A DNA stretch of 64,000 bases, taken from the NCBI GenBank assembly GCA_951406725.2, contig OX597837.1, forward strand, positions 45,756,001-45,820,000. The letters are read 5' to 3'. Of the stretch, positions 12,988 to 24,981 are shown one piece after another. The number at the start of each line of letters is the position of its first letter. The first letter of the stretch is position 1. Source of the DNA: Octopus vulgaris (Eukaryota). The notes beneath the pieces were generated by a model. That model had not been told where the DNA came from. It worked only from the letters and a program-made list of their open reading frames with translations, and ran no database searches. The translations under genes and the position numbers were made by a program.

Positions 12988-13037
<50 letters not shown>

Positions 13038-13054
13038 CATATATATGTGTAGTG

Positions 13055-13104
<50 letters not shown>

Positions 13105-13641
13105 TATAGTCAATTTACTACAACAAAAGAATATGTAATGACTATTATTTATAACTTATATATATATATATATATACACACTCACACATTTATATGGACA
13201 CTTGTATTTATATACATTTACATTTTTAAAAGCACACGTCTGTTTACATATACATGAATGTATGTATGTATGTATATATGTGTATGTGTGTGTGTGTATG
13301 TATGTATGTACATGTGTATGTATATATTCATAAATAGGTAAATGGATATATGCACGTGTGTATATCAGTGTGCAAATGTTTTTCCTGGTATGTGCATGTG
13401 AACCTATGTGTATGTGTGTGTGTATGTGCATGTATATATATGGTGACAGACAGATAGATGTGTTTGCACATAGCTGCAATGTGTGTGTATATATATATAT
13501 TTCAATGTTCACTCTTCATACACACACACACACACACACACACACAGTGCTGGTTGCTTGCTTATAGTTGTCCATCAAATTCAGTAATAACCATCATCTT
13601 CTTCAACTGGGGATTCTTTGATGACTAGTTGCTAAAGAGCA

Positions 13642-13674
<33 letters not shown>

Positions 13675-13847
13675 CATATATATATATATATATGCATACA
13701 TATATATACACATACATACATATATATACACATACATATATATATATACATATATATACACATACATATATATATATACACACATATATATATACACACA
13801 CATACATATATATATATATACACACACATACATATATATATATATAT

Positions 13848-13888
<41 letters not shown>

Positions 13889-13899
13889 CACAGGTAGAC

Positions 13900-13945
<46 letters not shown>

Positions 13946-14229
13946 TCAGACAGACAGACAGGCAGGCAGGCAGGCAGGCAGACAGACAGACAGACAGACA
14001 GATAGATATTTATATAATTAAATATATACATACGTATGTATATCATGTACATGTCTGTGTGTGTGTGAGTGTGTTTGTGTGTGTGTGGATGTATATATGT
14101 ATTTATAATGAGAAGATGGATGGATGGATGGATGGGTAGACAGACAGACAGACAGGCAGGCAGGCAGATAGCTAGAGAGACACAGATAAATACACAGACA
14201 GGGGCAAATAAAGATACAAACAGGTAGAA

Positions 14230-14275
<46 letters not shown>

Positions 14276-14749
14276 TAGAATATGACTACTGACACACACA
14301 CACACACACTATACACTGTGTTGTCTTCATAGTGCTGCCCCAAATGAGACACTTGTGGTTGCTGGTATCTAACACTCTGCCGTATATCACTGCTTCCAAA
14401 GATCAGCAGCATTGGCCTGGATTGCGGTGGTAATATAGCTTACCATCAACATCGCTACAAAGGTTCAATTCCTATCGGTGTATATTGTTATTTTTTTTTA
14501 ATTTTATTTTATGTTTATCTTTTATTACGTTTTATTTTACGTATACTACTCGAATCATTGTGTCTCTCCATACATTGTCAATATATACATGTGTGTAGGT
14601 ATTTGTATATATGTGTGTGTGTGTGTGTGAGAAAAATATAGGTTCAAGAAGAATAATTCAAATTTCTTGAGGAGTCCAAAAAGAGAGAAAATAATTTCTA
14701 ATAAAAATTCATCATATTCAGAAATATCCTGCTAGGGCAAGCAACAAGA

Positions 14750-14945
14750 TCATCATCATCACCACCACCACCACTACCACCACCACCACCACCACTCCCA
14801 CCACCACCACTACCACCACCACCACCACCACCCACCACTACCACCACCACCACTACCACCACTACCACCACCACCACCACTACCACCACTACCACCACCA
14901 CCACTACCACCACCACCACCCACCACTACCACCACCACCATCATC
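14750..14945. repeat. (CCA/CTA)n repeat
   Basis: Direct. Confidence 0.95.
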
Positions 14946-15061
14946 ATAATTTTTCTGACATATTTGTATATATACATATGTCAATTTAAATCACAATGTA
15001 TGGATTCAAGGAAGCTCCTTAATGTATCATTCTACAAAGCATAGAGAATGTAACGGAGTCG

Positions 15062-15392
15062 GAGACCCCCTTCGGTCACGAATGACCATGGGATTGCTCC
15101 TAGAAAGTTACCCTCCCAAGCACAAGTCCAGGCAAGGTTGTTTATGGAAGATCAGCAGTCACCCATGCATACCGGCCTCCCTTCTCCACGCCACCGATGT
15201 TATCCAAAGGCAAAGGAGCCGATACAGCTTGGCACCAGTGACGTTGCAAATCATTTCTGCAGCTGAGTGAACTGAAGCAATGAGAAATAAAGTATCTTGC
15301 TCAAGAACACAACACACAGCCCGGTCCAGGATTCGAACGCACAGCCTCACGGTCGTAAGAGCGACGCTCTAACCACTGAGCCATGTGCCTTC
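15062..15392 (-). mobile_element. SINE family D, full length
   Basis: Minus strand GGCACATGGCTCAGTGGTTAGAGCGTCG...GTTCGAATCC tRNA head, CORE-like block, tail CCATGGTCATTCGTGACCGAAGGGGG. Confidence 0.85.
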
Positions 15393-16263
15393 ACAGAATG
15401 TATACACACATACATAAAAACAAACAAATAACTTATTGTCCCTCACGAGATTATTCTAATGTCTACATCTTGACTTCTTTATCCACTTTTGTGCTTATAT
15501 TTTTTTTCCATTTCACTTTGAATTCACTTTTTTCCACAATGAGAGGAATCATACTCCAAACGAAGACTGAAATTACAATTATTTTCTTATTTTCTTACAA
15601 TTTTGCTAAATATTCTCAAGATTGGATGATTGAGTTTCAAGTGTCAAGAAAGCAGATTTCTCAAGAAACGAAAATTAGTAAATTAAATTAAATTCAAAAC
15701 AAGAAGGGGTTCAACAGATACTCAGAAACAATTTAATGTACACGAGGTAAACGATTGAACAACTGAAAGCAATAAAGTAAAAAACCAGAGCTTGTGTAAT
15801 TGGTGAATCATCAAGAACTTCAAAACACACATCATACATAATGTAGCAAACATTGCAGGAACACAAAGGGAAAAGCCCCGTTATTTTGGATAGAAGATGA
15901 GAGCTAATTTTACTGTCATGCCTAAGTGGAATCTTAATCATCATGTGTGTGTGTGCATACACACACATGAAAAAGACTTATTGGCTTCAGAAAAGAGCAA
16001 GATGAGATAGAAAGTGAACTAGAAAAAGAAAACAAGGTTTTACCTTATAGTCCTATATAAAAGAGGAAAAAAACTTGCAAATTTTGGCTTTGGTAAGAAT
16101 TCAATGGCACTAGATGTGCTAGGATTAAGCTGAAAATGTACACACCTATAGAAGATGTGGTGTAGTTACGGCCAGAGTAGGTTTCAAGTCTCTATCTCGA
16201 TAACAAAGGCCCGAAACAATGCATTTTCTGCGAGTGAGTGGATGTCAGGGCTAGTGTTATCTA

Positions 16264-16654
16264 TCTATATATCTATAAAGCTGAAGTTGTCTGTGTGTGG
16301 CAGGTTTGGTAGCCTTCAACTATCACTATCTCCTCTGAGACCCTGCAGCGCAAGTTGACCAAAATTGACAGTATGATAGGAGAAGGCTTGCTCTTCCTTC
16401 CGTAGAAGAAAACATTCAAATCGGACCATGTTAAGACCAAAAAATATTTACATCAAAAAGGTGCTTTTTTCCTATGAAAATCCCTATTTTTTACGATTTT
16501 TTGACTACTGTGTCACCATTTTTCGGTGTATTTCAACCAGAAAAATGTTCACTTAAAGACAATAACAAGCTACATAATGCAAAATTTTCAATTTTAAAAA
16601 TTCCAATTCTAAAGAGTCGAAACAAACCCGAGTAACGCCGGATGATACTGCTAG
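16264..16654 (+). mobile_element. non-autonomous Helitron
   Basis: A|TCTATATATCTATAAAG 5' end; subterminal GC-rich hairpin remnant CCCGAGTAACGCCGG and terminal CTAG|T; no TSD. Confidence 0.75.
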
Positions 16655-17138
16655 TAGTCCTGTATTTTGGAAGATGACAGACACAGTCCTATAGCAACCA
16701 TTCTGCTTCCTGAGCAACAATTTTTTTTTCCATCTTTGCTTGATCACATGTCCTAAAGAAGGGGCTTACAACCCCAAAATTTAGAAACATCATGTAAAAG
16801 TCCAACTTTGTTTTGTTTCCTTTTTGTAGTTTATATCTCATCTCTTGTTGTTCTGACCTTATCCAAAAGGTCTCTTTATTGTAATATCACACACATTCAC
16901 ACACACACACATAATATATATACATACATACATACATCTATATATATAACATAATAATAAATATTAGGGAATAAATCCAAATTTACAGGGAAAATTCAGA
17001 TTTAGGATTGAATCCAATTTTATAGTAAAATATTATATAATATTAATTAGAGACAAAACCACTATTTTGCAAATCAAACAAAGAAAGACTTAATCCAATA
17101 CATAAAAATTTAATATAAATTAAATAAAATTAAATTCG

Positions 17139-17184
17139 CCACTACAATTGTTTCGTGTCTCTTCTAAGGACATTCATCAGGTGG
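17139..17184 (-). ncRNA. minimal type-I hammerhead ribozyme, intact core
   Basis: CCAC-CUGAUGA-A UGUC[CUUAGAAGA]GACA C-GAAAC-AAUU-GUA-GUGG: stem I CCAC/GUGG, palindromic stem III ACAAUUGU, GUA cleavage triplet. Confidence 0.8.
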
Positions 17185-17251
17185 ATCTCAGATCTTCTAT
17201 TCAATTTTAAGTTATGAATTTTAACTTAAAATTGAATAGAAGATCTGAGAT

Positions 17252-17297
17252 CCACTTGATGAATGTCCTTGGAGGAGACACAAAACAATTGTAGTGG
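17252..17297 (+). ncRNA. inactivated hammerhead copy (UUGAUGA, AAAAC)
   Basis: Mirror of 17139-17184 with core C3>U and G12>A. Confidence 0.7.
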
Positions 17298-17437
17298 CGA
17301 ATTTAATTTTATTTAATTTATATTAAATTTTTATGTATTGGATTAAGTCTTTCTTTGTTTGATTTGCAAAATAGTGGTTTTGTCTCTAATTAATATTATA
17401 TATATAACATATATATATACACACACACATATGAATC

Positions 17438-17642
17438 GAAGTGGATAATATTACATATCTATTACGGCCAATCTTAGCAATCGGTTTCACACTAGGGGTT
17501 TAACAGGATATTAGGTAATAACCCGGCGATGTAACCCTGTACTCTTCAGAGTTGCAGTTATGGAAGAATATATAGTGACTATCCCTAGTGCGAAACTGAC
17601 TGCTAAGATCAGCCATAATGGATATATAATTCTGTGTACTTC
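17438..17642. repeat. imperfect inverted repeat, probable PLE tails
   Basis: 17438-17497 pairs with 17583-17642 (CCCTAGTG(C/T)GAAAC..TGCTAAGAT). Confidence 0.65.
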
Positions 17643-17789
17643 AATGAATATACCCACTCTACTGACAAATATAAAAGTGCATATTTTTGCTGATTTATTG
17701 ATTCCTAGGTGGCTATGTGTATATATATATACTCTTTACTTGTTTCAGCCTTAATTCACAAATAAAGTTTATATATATACACACACACA

Positions 17790-17929
17790 CAGGCACAAGC
17801 ATAGCTATGTGGTAAGAAGCTTGCTTCTCAACCACATGGTTCCAAATTCAGTGTCACTGTGTGACACCTTATAGCCTCAGGTTAACCAAAGCCTTGTGAG
17901 TGGATTTGGTTGATGAAAACTGAAAGAAC

Positions 17930-17975
<46 letters not shown>

Positions 17976-18160
17976 TCCCCTCACCATCACTTGACAACCA
18001 ATGTTGGTGTGTTTATGTCCCTGTAACTTAGCAGCTCAGCAAAAGAGACCAATAGAACAAGTACCAAGCTTACAAAGTATAAGTCCTGGAGTCAACTTGT
18101 TCAACTAAAGGCAGTGCTCCAGCATGACCACAGTCAAGACCAAAACAAGTAAAAGAATAA
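17790..18160 (+). mobile_element. SINE family A, near full length
   Basis: Head through tail AACAAGTAAAAGAATAAA. Confidence 0.85.
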
Positions 18161-19151
18161 AGACACACACACACACACACACATATGCTTACATACAGAA
18201 ATGGGAGGGGGGTAAAAAATTCAAATTCTTCTCTCCATAACAACATTTGGCAAAAAGCAAAACTCATTGAGTCTTTATTCTACTACATCAAATGCATGTT
18301 GGTGCTTCAGTTACGGCTTGTGAATTTAATGGTGTTATGTGAAGTAGGATCATGGATAATATTCCTCTATTTGTTACATAAAAGATTGCACATGATGGAT
18401 TGCTTGTTTGCATGCATGTTACACTTGAAGTGTGCATTTGTGCGTTTGTCTTTAATGACTGAAATAACTTTCAGAAACAAATTTTATTTTACCTGAGTGT
18501 GTAAAATGGCAATGACAAATTTACATACATAAGTGTATTGCACCTGAGCACTGCATACAACAAGATGATAGTAAAAGACACATGCACTTTTGACTAAACA
18601 TGCGTACGTATGTGTGCATTTCAATATATTTACATGCACACAGGAGTGGTGGGGGGGAAGAAACACACACAATACAGATTAAATATACCCCTTTAAACTT
18701 GAGAATCCGCCCCCATCACTGTGCAAAATTTATTATCGTGTGCAATCTTTCACGTAACAAACAGAAGAACACGATGCAGTAAATGGTTAAAGTCTGTTTC
18801 TTAACATCAATGAATCTACTTCGCATAACACTATTAAATTCACAAGCCATAACTTAAGTACCGAGAATACATTTAAGATAGTCACATAAAGAAACAATGA
18901 ACAATGAACTGTGCTTTTTGTGAAGTTTCATTGCAGAGTGAAGGGTGTGTGCGTTCGTGTTACTCGCTGTATGCGTGTTTGCTTTTAAAAACTCAACATA
19001 TTTTTTGGTGAGAAACATTTTATTTTACGTTAAAAGTGCAAACTTGTAATAATGAATCTCTGCTTGTGTTTATGGGCAGGTTTCCGTTTCAATAAATGTA
19101 ACAAATATGTTGTGTGTGTATATATCATGTTGTATGTGTGTACATATACAT

Positions 19152-19183
<32 letters not shown>

Positions 19184-19253
19184 GTACGTATCTGTGTTCT
19201 GTGTATATATGTATATATACATACACATATATAGGCATGTATATGTGTGTGTG

Positions 19254-19308
<55 letters not shown>

Positions 19309-19313
19309 TGTAT

Positions 19314-19605
19314 ACTCTTTTACTCTTTTTTACTCTCTTTACTTGTTTCAGTCATTTGACTGCGGCCATGCTGGAGCACCGCCTTTAATCAAGCAACTCG
19401 ACCCCCGGGACTTATTCTTTGTAAGCCCAGTACTTATTCTATCGGTCTCTTTTGCCGAACCGCTAAGTGACGGGGACGTAAACACACCAGCATCGGTTGT
19501 CAAACAATGCTAGGGGGACAAACACACACACACACATATATATATATATACATATATACAACTGGCTTCTTTCAGTTTCTGTCTACCAAATCCACTCACA
19601 AGGCT
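19314..19605 (-). mobile_element. SINE family A, 3' two-thirds, young copy
   Basis: Very close to the reverse complement of the 51228-51650 copy. Confidence 0.85.
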
Positions 19606-19679
19606 TGTGTGTGTGTGAATATATATATATGCATATATATGTATGTGTATGTATGTATATATACGTATGTCATCAAAAT

Positions 19680-19865
19680 AATCATCACCGTTTAACATCC
19701 GATTTCTATGCTGGCATGGGTTGGACGATTTGACTGAGGTCTGGAGAGCCAGGAAGCTGCACCAAGCTCCAATCTGATCTGGCAAGGTTTCTACAGCTGG
19801 GTGCCCTTCCTAACGCCAACCACTCCGAGAGCACAGTGGGTGCTTTTTATGTGCCACAGGCACAG
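19680..19865 (-). mobile_element. RTE 3' tail (family E)
   Basis: Reverse complement of the LINE 3' UTR at 63870-64000 plus (GAT)n terminus. Confidence 0.8.
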
Positions 19866-20651
19866 GAGTCAGTCGTGCGGACATGGCATCAATCACATTC
19901 GGATATGTGTATGTATGTATATACATATATATGTGTGTGTGTGTGTATATATAAATGTATGCATGTATGTGTGTGTGTATATATATATATATATATGTAT
20001 ATGTGTGTATATATATATATGTATGTGTGTATATATATATATATATATATGTACATATATATATATGCATGCGTGTATATATAAATGTGTGTATACATAT
20101 ATATAAATATTTATTTGTGTGTATGTATATATATATATTTATGTATATACATATATATATATACATAAGTATATAAAAGTATACATATGTATATATATGT
20201 GTGTGTGTATATGTATTTGTGTGTATGTGTGTGTATGCATATGTATTTGTGAGTGTGTGTGTATATATATATATATTTTACTCCCATAATCATTTCACCC
20301 ACGCAGTTGCGGACATATACACATACATGTATGTATGTATATGCGCGTGTAGAAGTAGTTGCTGGTTTATATGTCTATATGAGTCCTACCAACTCAACTT
20401 AATCTATTCTGATAATATCTTTGTATGCACACCTAGACACACACAGGTGTATAAGTAGAATCATAAATAAGTTTTGTTGTTGAAATATTTTGACAGCCTC
20501 ATAATGATAAGGCCTCTTATTCCGTTAACTGTTAATGGCACCACCACACTGCCTTATGCTCCTTATATCTGTGGACACATAACCACACACATAAATACAC
20601 ACACACACACACTCACATGTATGTGTGTGTAAGTGTGTGCATATATATATA

Positions 20652-20705
<54 letters not shown>

Positions 20706-20813
20706 TATATATATCTGTATGTGTATGTATATACAGCCACACACATGATTACACTTGCATATATATATATATATATATATACATACATATACATATATAT
20801 CTATATATATATA

Positions 20814-21001
20814 GGGAGAGTTTACGAGAAAAACAAAAGACGAAGACAGGTGGTGTATAAAACAAACAGATGTATTAGTATAGCGCTCAGGAATAGAAAA
20901 AGTCTTTAACGTTTCGAGTCTACGCTCTTCCACAGAAAAGAACACAGAAAGAAACAAGGAGAGAAAAAAATGTGTGTAGTGGCTAACGATCTATCATGGC
21001 G
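20814..21001 (-). mobile_element. PLE terminal repeat family F
   Basis: Copy of 1186-1334 and 61545-61768; minus strand CTGTGGAAGAGCGTAGACTCGAAACGTT. Confidence 0.7.
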
Positions 21002-21017
21002 AATGATATATATATAT

Positions 21018-21051
<34 letters not shown>

Positions 21052-21179
21052 GTATGTACACACATACGTGTGAGTGTGTGTGTCTCTGTATTTATATGTG
21101 TTGTTATGTGTCCACAGATATAAGGAGTATAAAAATACACACATCTATCTATATATATATATTTATATAGTGCTTTCAA

Positions 21180-21375
21180 TGCGGCACATTAAAGGCACCC
21201 ATCACACACTGTACAGTGGTTGGTGTCAGGAAGAGCATCCAGTCATAGAAACCAAGTCAAATCAGAATGGAACCTGGAGCAGCTCTTCAGCTTGTCAGCT
21301 GTGGTCAAACCGTCCAACCCATGCCTGCATTGAAAACGGGTGTTAAATGATGAAGATGTTGATGATGATGATGAT
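21180..21375 (+). mobile_element. RTE 3' tail (family E)
   Basis: GGAAGAGCATCCAG...CAAACCGTCCAACCCATGC...(GAT)n. Confidence 0.75.
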
Positions 21376-21789
21376 GGTGGCATTAAATGTTAGTTGGTTA
21401 TGCGTTCATATTGTCAAACCGTAAGTTCCTGATTATGGTATGTAAACAGTGAGAGTGTTGCCAAGACTTTAGCACCAACTGTTGCACTTGGCAATATTGA
21501 CGTCTCTTCAAACCTGCTGACCAGATGGGCCAAGTGCTTCCGGTCAGTGCATAAAACACTTATCAATATTGGCCAGTGCAATACTGACACAAAACTGTCA
21601 GCACCGTTCTCAGTAGTTATATGCCATATTCAAGAATATATTGCTCAACCATGTGTGTGTGTGTGTGTTTTAGTTTATATGAGGTCGTATTTGGCTCCCA
21701 TTCGCTGGTTTGTAAACAATGCCATCTTGATGGTATTGCTGGCAGTCCACCATGAAATCAGGTCTAAGCTTTTTGACATATTCTTTTAT

Positions 21790-22120
21790 ATTTTTTACTT
21801 GTTTCAGTCATTTGGCCACGGCCATGCTGGTGCACTGCTTTAAATGGTTTCAGTCAAAGAAATCGACCCCCAGAACTTATTTTTTGTTAGCCTAGCACTT
21901 ATTCTATCAGTCTCTTTTGCCAAGCAATGAGGGTGGGGGACAAACACAGACACAAAAACACACACACACACACAAATATATACATATATGCATAAGGGCA
22001 TCCAGGTGTAAAAATCCTGCCAAAACAGTCACAGAAGTCTGGTGCAGGGTTCTGCCTGGTTGGCTCTTGTGAAACTGTCCCACCCATGCTAGCATGGAAG
22101 GCAGGAGTTAAACGATGATG
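21790..22120. mobile_element. SINE A tail (-) followed by RTE tail (+)
   Basis: TTACTTGTTTCAGTCA...; AAGGGCATCCAG...CCCATGCTAGCATGG..(GAT)n. Confidence 0.7.
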
Positions 22121-22481
22121 ATATATATATATACACACACACATAATATATATAGGTATGTGTGTGTGTGTATAAATTCCGAACCAACAAGGAACAAACA
22201 CAAGAATCCACATGTGGTTACATTTTGAAATATATATATTGTTGTATTTCGGGATGGTCATTTTATTTATTATTATTTTTTTTGCCACATGATTTCACAT
22301 CATGAATCTAGCAAAGCGAATTGAGAAACATATGTGTATGTATGTATGTATGTGTGTGTGTGTGTGTATGTGTGTATGTATGTGTGTGTGTATGTATACA
22401 TACATGGAAAACGGACGCTAAATGATGATATACATACATGCAGACAGATGGACAGAGATAGATGGATAGATAGAAAGATAT

Positions 22482-22708
22482 ACCCATGCATACCAGCCTC
22501 CCCTCTCCACGCCACCAGTGTTATCCAAGGGAAAGACAAAGGTCGATACAGCTTGGCACCAGTGACGTTGCAACTCATTTCTACAGCTGAGTGAACTGGA
22601 GCAACGTGAAATAAAGTGCCTTGCTCAAGAACACAACACGCAGCCCGGTCCGGGATTCGAGCTCACAACCTCACGATCGTAAGCTCAACGCTCTAACCAC
22701 TGAGCCAT
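22482..22708 (-). mobile_element. SINE family D
   Basis: Collinear with 15160-15385. Confidence 0.85.
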
Positions 22709-22839
22709 ATATATATATAAATAAATATATATATATATACATATACACACACGGCTAGACAAACAGATGGATAGATAGATAGATGGATGGATGGATACAC
22801 GCACACACACACACATCATATGAGCACACACACAATTGT

Positions 22840-23040
22840 GTGTTTTCATGTTTCTGTTTGTCTCATACCCATGCACACCAACACTTGACAAATGGTGTTG
22901 GTTTGTTTATGTTCCCATAACTGAGCAGTTCAGCAAAAAGCAAAAGAACTGGGGTCAATTTATTCGACTAAACCCTTCAGTACAGTGCCCCCCCCCAATC
23001 ATGACTGCAGTCCAATGACTGAAAACGGTGGAAGACAAAA
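22840..23040 (+). mobile_element. SINE family A 3' fragment
   Basis: CTTGACAA...GCAGTTCAGCAAAA...ATGACTGAAA. Confidence 0.65.
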
Positions 23041-23504
23041 GATTGTTTGTTTATGCTATTTTTTTTCTTTTAATTTATGCAAATATATAATTGAATTTAT
23101 GTATAGACACAGACAAATCAAAAAAATATTTTCTGTATTTTCTGCATATTTGGGTCTATATGCATGAATATGCTTGCATACACGCTTGTTTGTGTTCAGT
23201 CAATAGATATATATATATATTTCTTTTGAAGACGAAGTGACTGTAGGTCACTGGAAAACCTACACAGAAGCCTATATTTTTAAATTGGTAAACACATGAA
23301 AAATATTGAGAATAAGTCATTGATTATTTAATTATTAAAAACAACAAACAGCAGCCTTGTATGCATCTGTGTGTATATAAGCACATGCTGGAGTGTATAC
23401 GTATATGTGAGTGTGCCTATATATATATATATATATGTAAATACAAATTCATGGATAGGCAAATAGACAGACAGACAGACAGATAGGTATGCAGGCATAT
23501 ATGT

Positions 23505-23704
23505 TCTTTTAGTTGTTTCAGTCATTTCACTGCAGCCATGCTGGAGCACCACCTTCAGTCGAACTAATGGAGCCCAGGACTTATTCGTTGTAAGCCTTAG
23601 TACTTATTCTATCGGTCTCTTTTGCTGAACTGCTAGGTTATGGGGACGTAAACACACCAGCATCGGTTGTCAAGCAATGGTGGAGGGGACAAACACAGAC
23701 ACAA

Positions 23705-23705
<1 letters not shown>
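23505..23705 (-). mobile_element. SINE family A 3' fragment
   Basis: GTTTCAGTCATT...CCATGCTGGAGCACC...GACAAACACAGAC. Confidence 0.8.
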
Positions 23706-23739
<34 letters not shown>

Positions 23740-23839
23740 GTATAAGTTCAGCATAATTTAGATTCAGATGAATATGGTACTTAAGTTAAAGGCACCAGAA
23801 TTTTGGATGGTATTATCCATATAAATCAAATGGGGTGAT

Positions 23840-24030
23840 TATAATCAAAATAAGCAACAAGGATATAAAATGAAGTAGCATGAAACGATTGTACTACACT
23901 ACCTTGGATATCCTTGTTGCTTATTTTGATTATATATATAATATAAAAGCAACAAGTATATCCAAAGTAATGTGGTACGATCGTTTCATGCTACTTCATT
24001 TTATTAAACCCTATAAGTATTACATCAGTT
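23840..24030. mobile_element. three alternately oriented PLE tail fragments with hammerhead half GAAACGATCGTA
   Basis: 23866-23934 (+) is mirrored by 23840-23866 and 23947-24003 (-). Confidence 0.65.
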
Positions 24031-24114
24031 TTAAAATGTCGAGCAATCTTCAGCCATCTACAGAAATTTTCCAATCAAACGGACAATGCACATTCTTATC
24101 CCTATTTCATTTGC

Positions 24115-24169
<55 letters not shown>

Positions 24170-24233
24170 ACAGGCCTCTTTCACTGTTTCTGTCTACCAA
24201 ATCTTCTCACAAGGCTTTGGTCAGTATACATAC

Positions 24234-24270
<37 letters not shown>

Positions 24271-24274
24271 AAAC

Positions 24275-24947
24275 CTTTTACTTGTTTCAGTCATTTGACA
24301 GTGGACATGCTGGAGCAGCACCTTGAATAATTTTAGTTGAATAAATTGACCCCATGACTATTTTTCTTTTTTTCTTAAGCCTAGTACTTCTTCTATTGGT
24401 CTCTTTTGACAAGCTGCTAAGTTACAGGGAACACAAACACAGCAATACAAGTTATCAAGTGGGGGGGGGGGAAACAAACACAGTCACAAAGACACGCACA
24501 CACACAGATATATACATATATATATACATGACGGGTTTCATTCAGTTTCTGTCTACCAAATCCACTCACAAGGCTTTGGTCAGCCTGAGGCTATAGTAGA
24601 AGACACTTGCCCATGGTCCACTAGTGCTAATATTTCAGTGATATATATATGTAAAACAAGCAATAGAAATGGAAAATGGAAGAGATAGGAAACTTTATTG
24701 CTCACAACGATCGTTTCAACATATCCTGCATCAGTCCTTTGCAGGTTGGAAACTACACAACTAGTTGTGGTGCATCCCTCCGTGCTGAAGGGTTTTGTCA
24801 GGTGACTTAATAGGGAATATCTCATTAAATGAACTCTGTTTCACTCAGATTTAATACAGCTCAACACCGCATTAGTGGATCAATATTCTGAACCCGGAAC
24901 CATGTGGTTGGTAAGCAAGCTACTTATCACACAGTCACTCCTGTGCC

Positions 24948-24950
<3 letters not shown>
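24275..24950 (-). mobile_element. SINE family A split by an insertion (24275-24615 plus 24888-24950)
   Basis: Body ends at CACTTGCCCA and the head resumes at CTGAACCCGGAACC; a hammerhead-bearing insert lies between. Confidence 0.7.
24702..24805 (-). ncRNA. decayed hammerhead ribozyme with expanded stem II
   Basis: UCAC-CUGACAA-AAC...GUU-GAAAC-GAUC-GUU-GUGA; deviations are explicable by CpG decay of CUGACGA and GUC. Confidence 0.55.

Positions 24951-24981
<31 letters not shown>

Larger units (their letters stand above)
17034..17402. repeat. long palindrome (181-bp arms, 7-nt spacer) of PLE terminal repeats
   Basis: 17034-17214 is the reverse complement of 17222-17402 with 4 mismatches by eye. 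Confidence 0.95.

Noticed and set aside
14320-14480. Unique segment with B-box-like GGTTCAATTCC and an ORF start on the minus strand
   Set aside because: No cloverleaf or family match; insufficient evidence for a tRNA or an exon
15310-15390. tRNA gene candidates (also 2196, 22630, 28470)
   Set aside because: The A/B boxes run directly into SINE bodies and the acceptor stems do not pair; these are SINE heads
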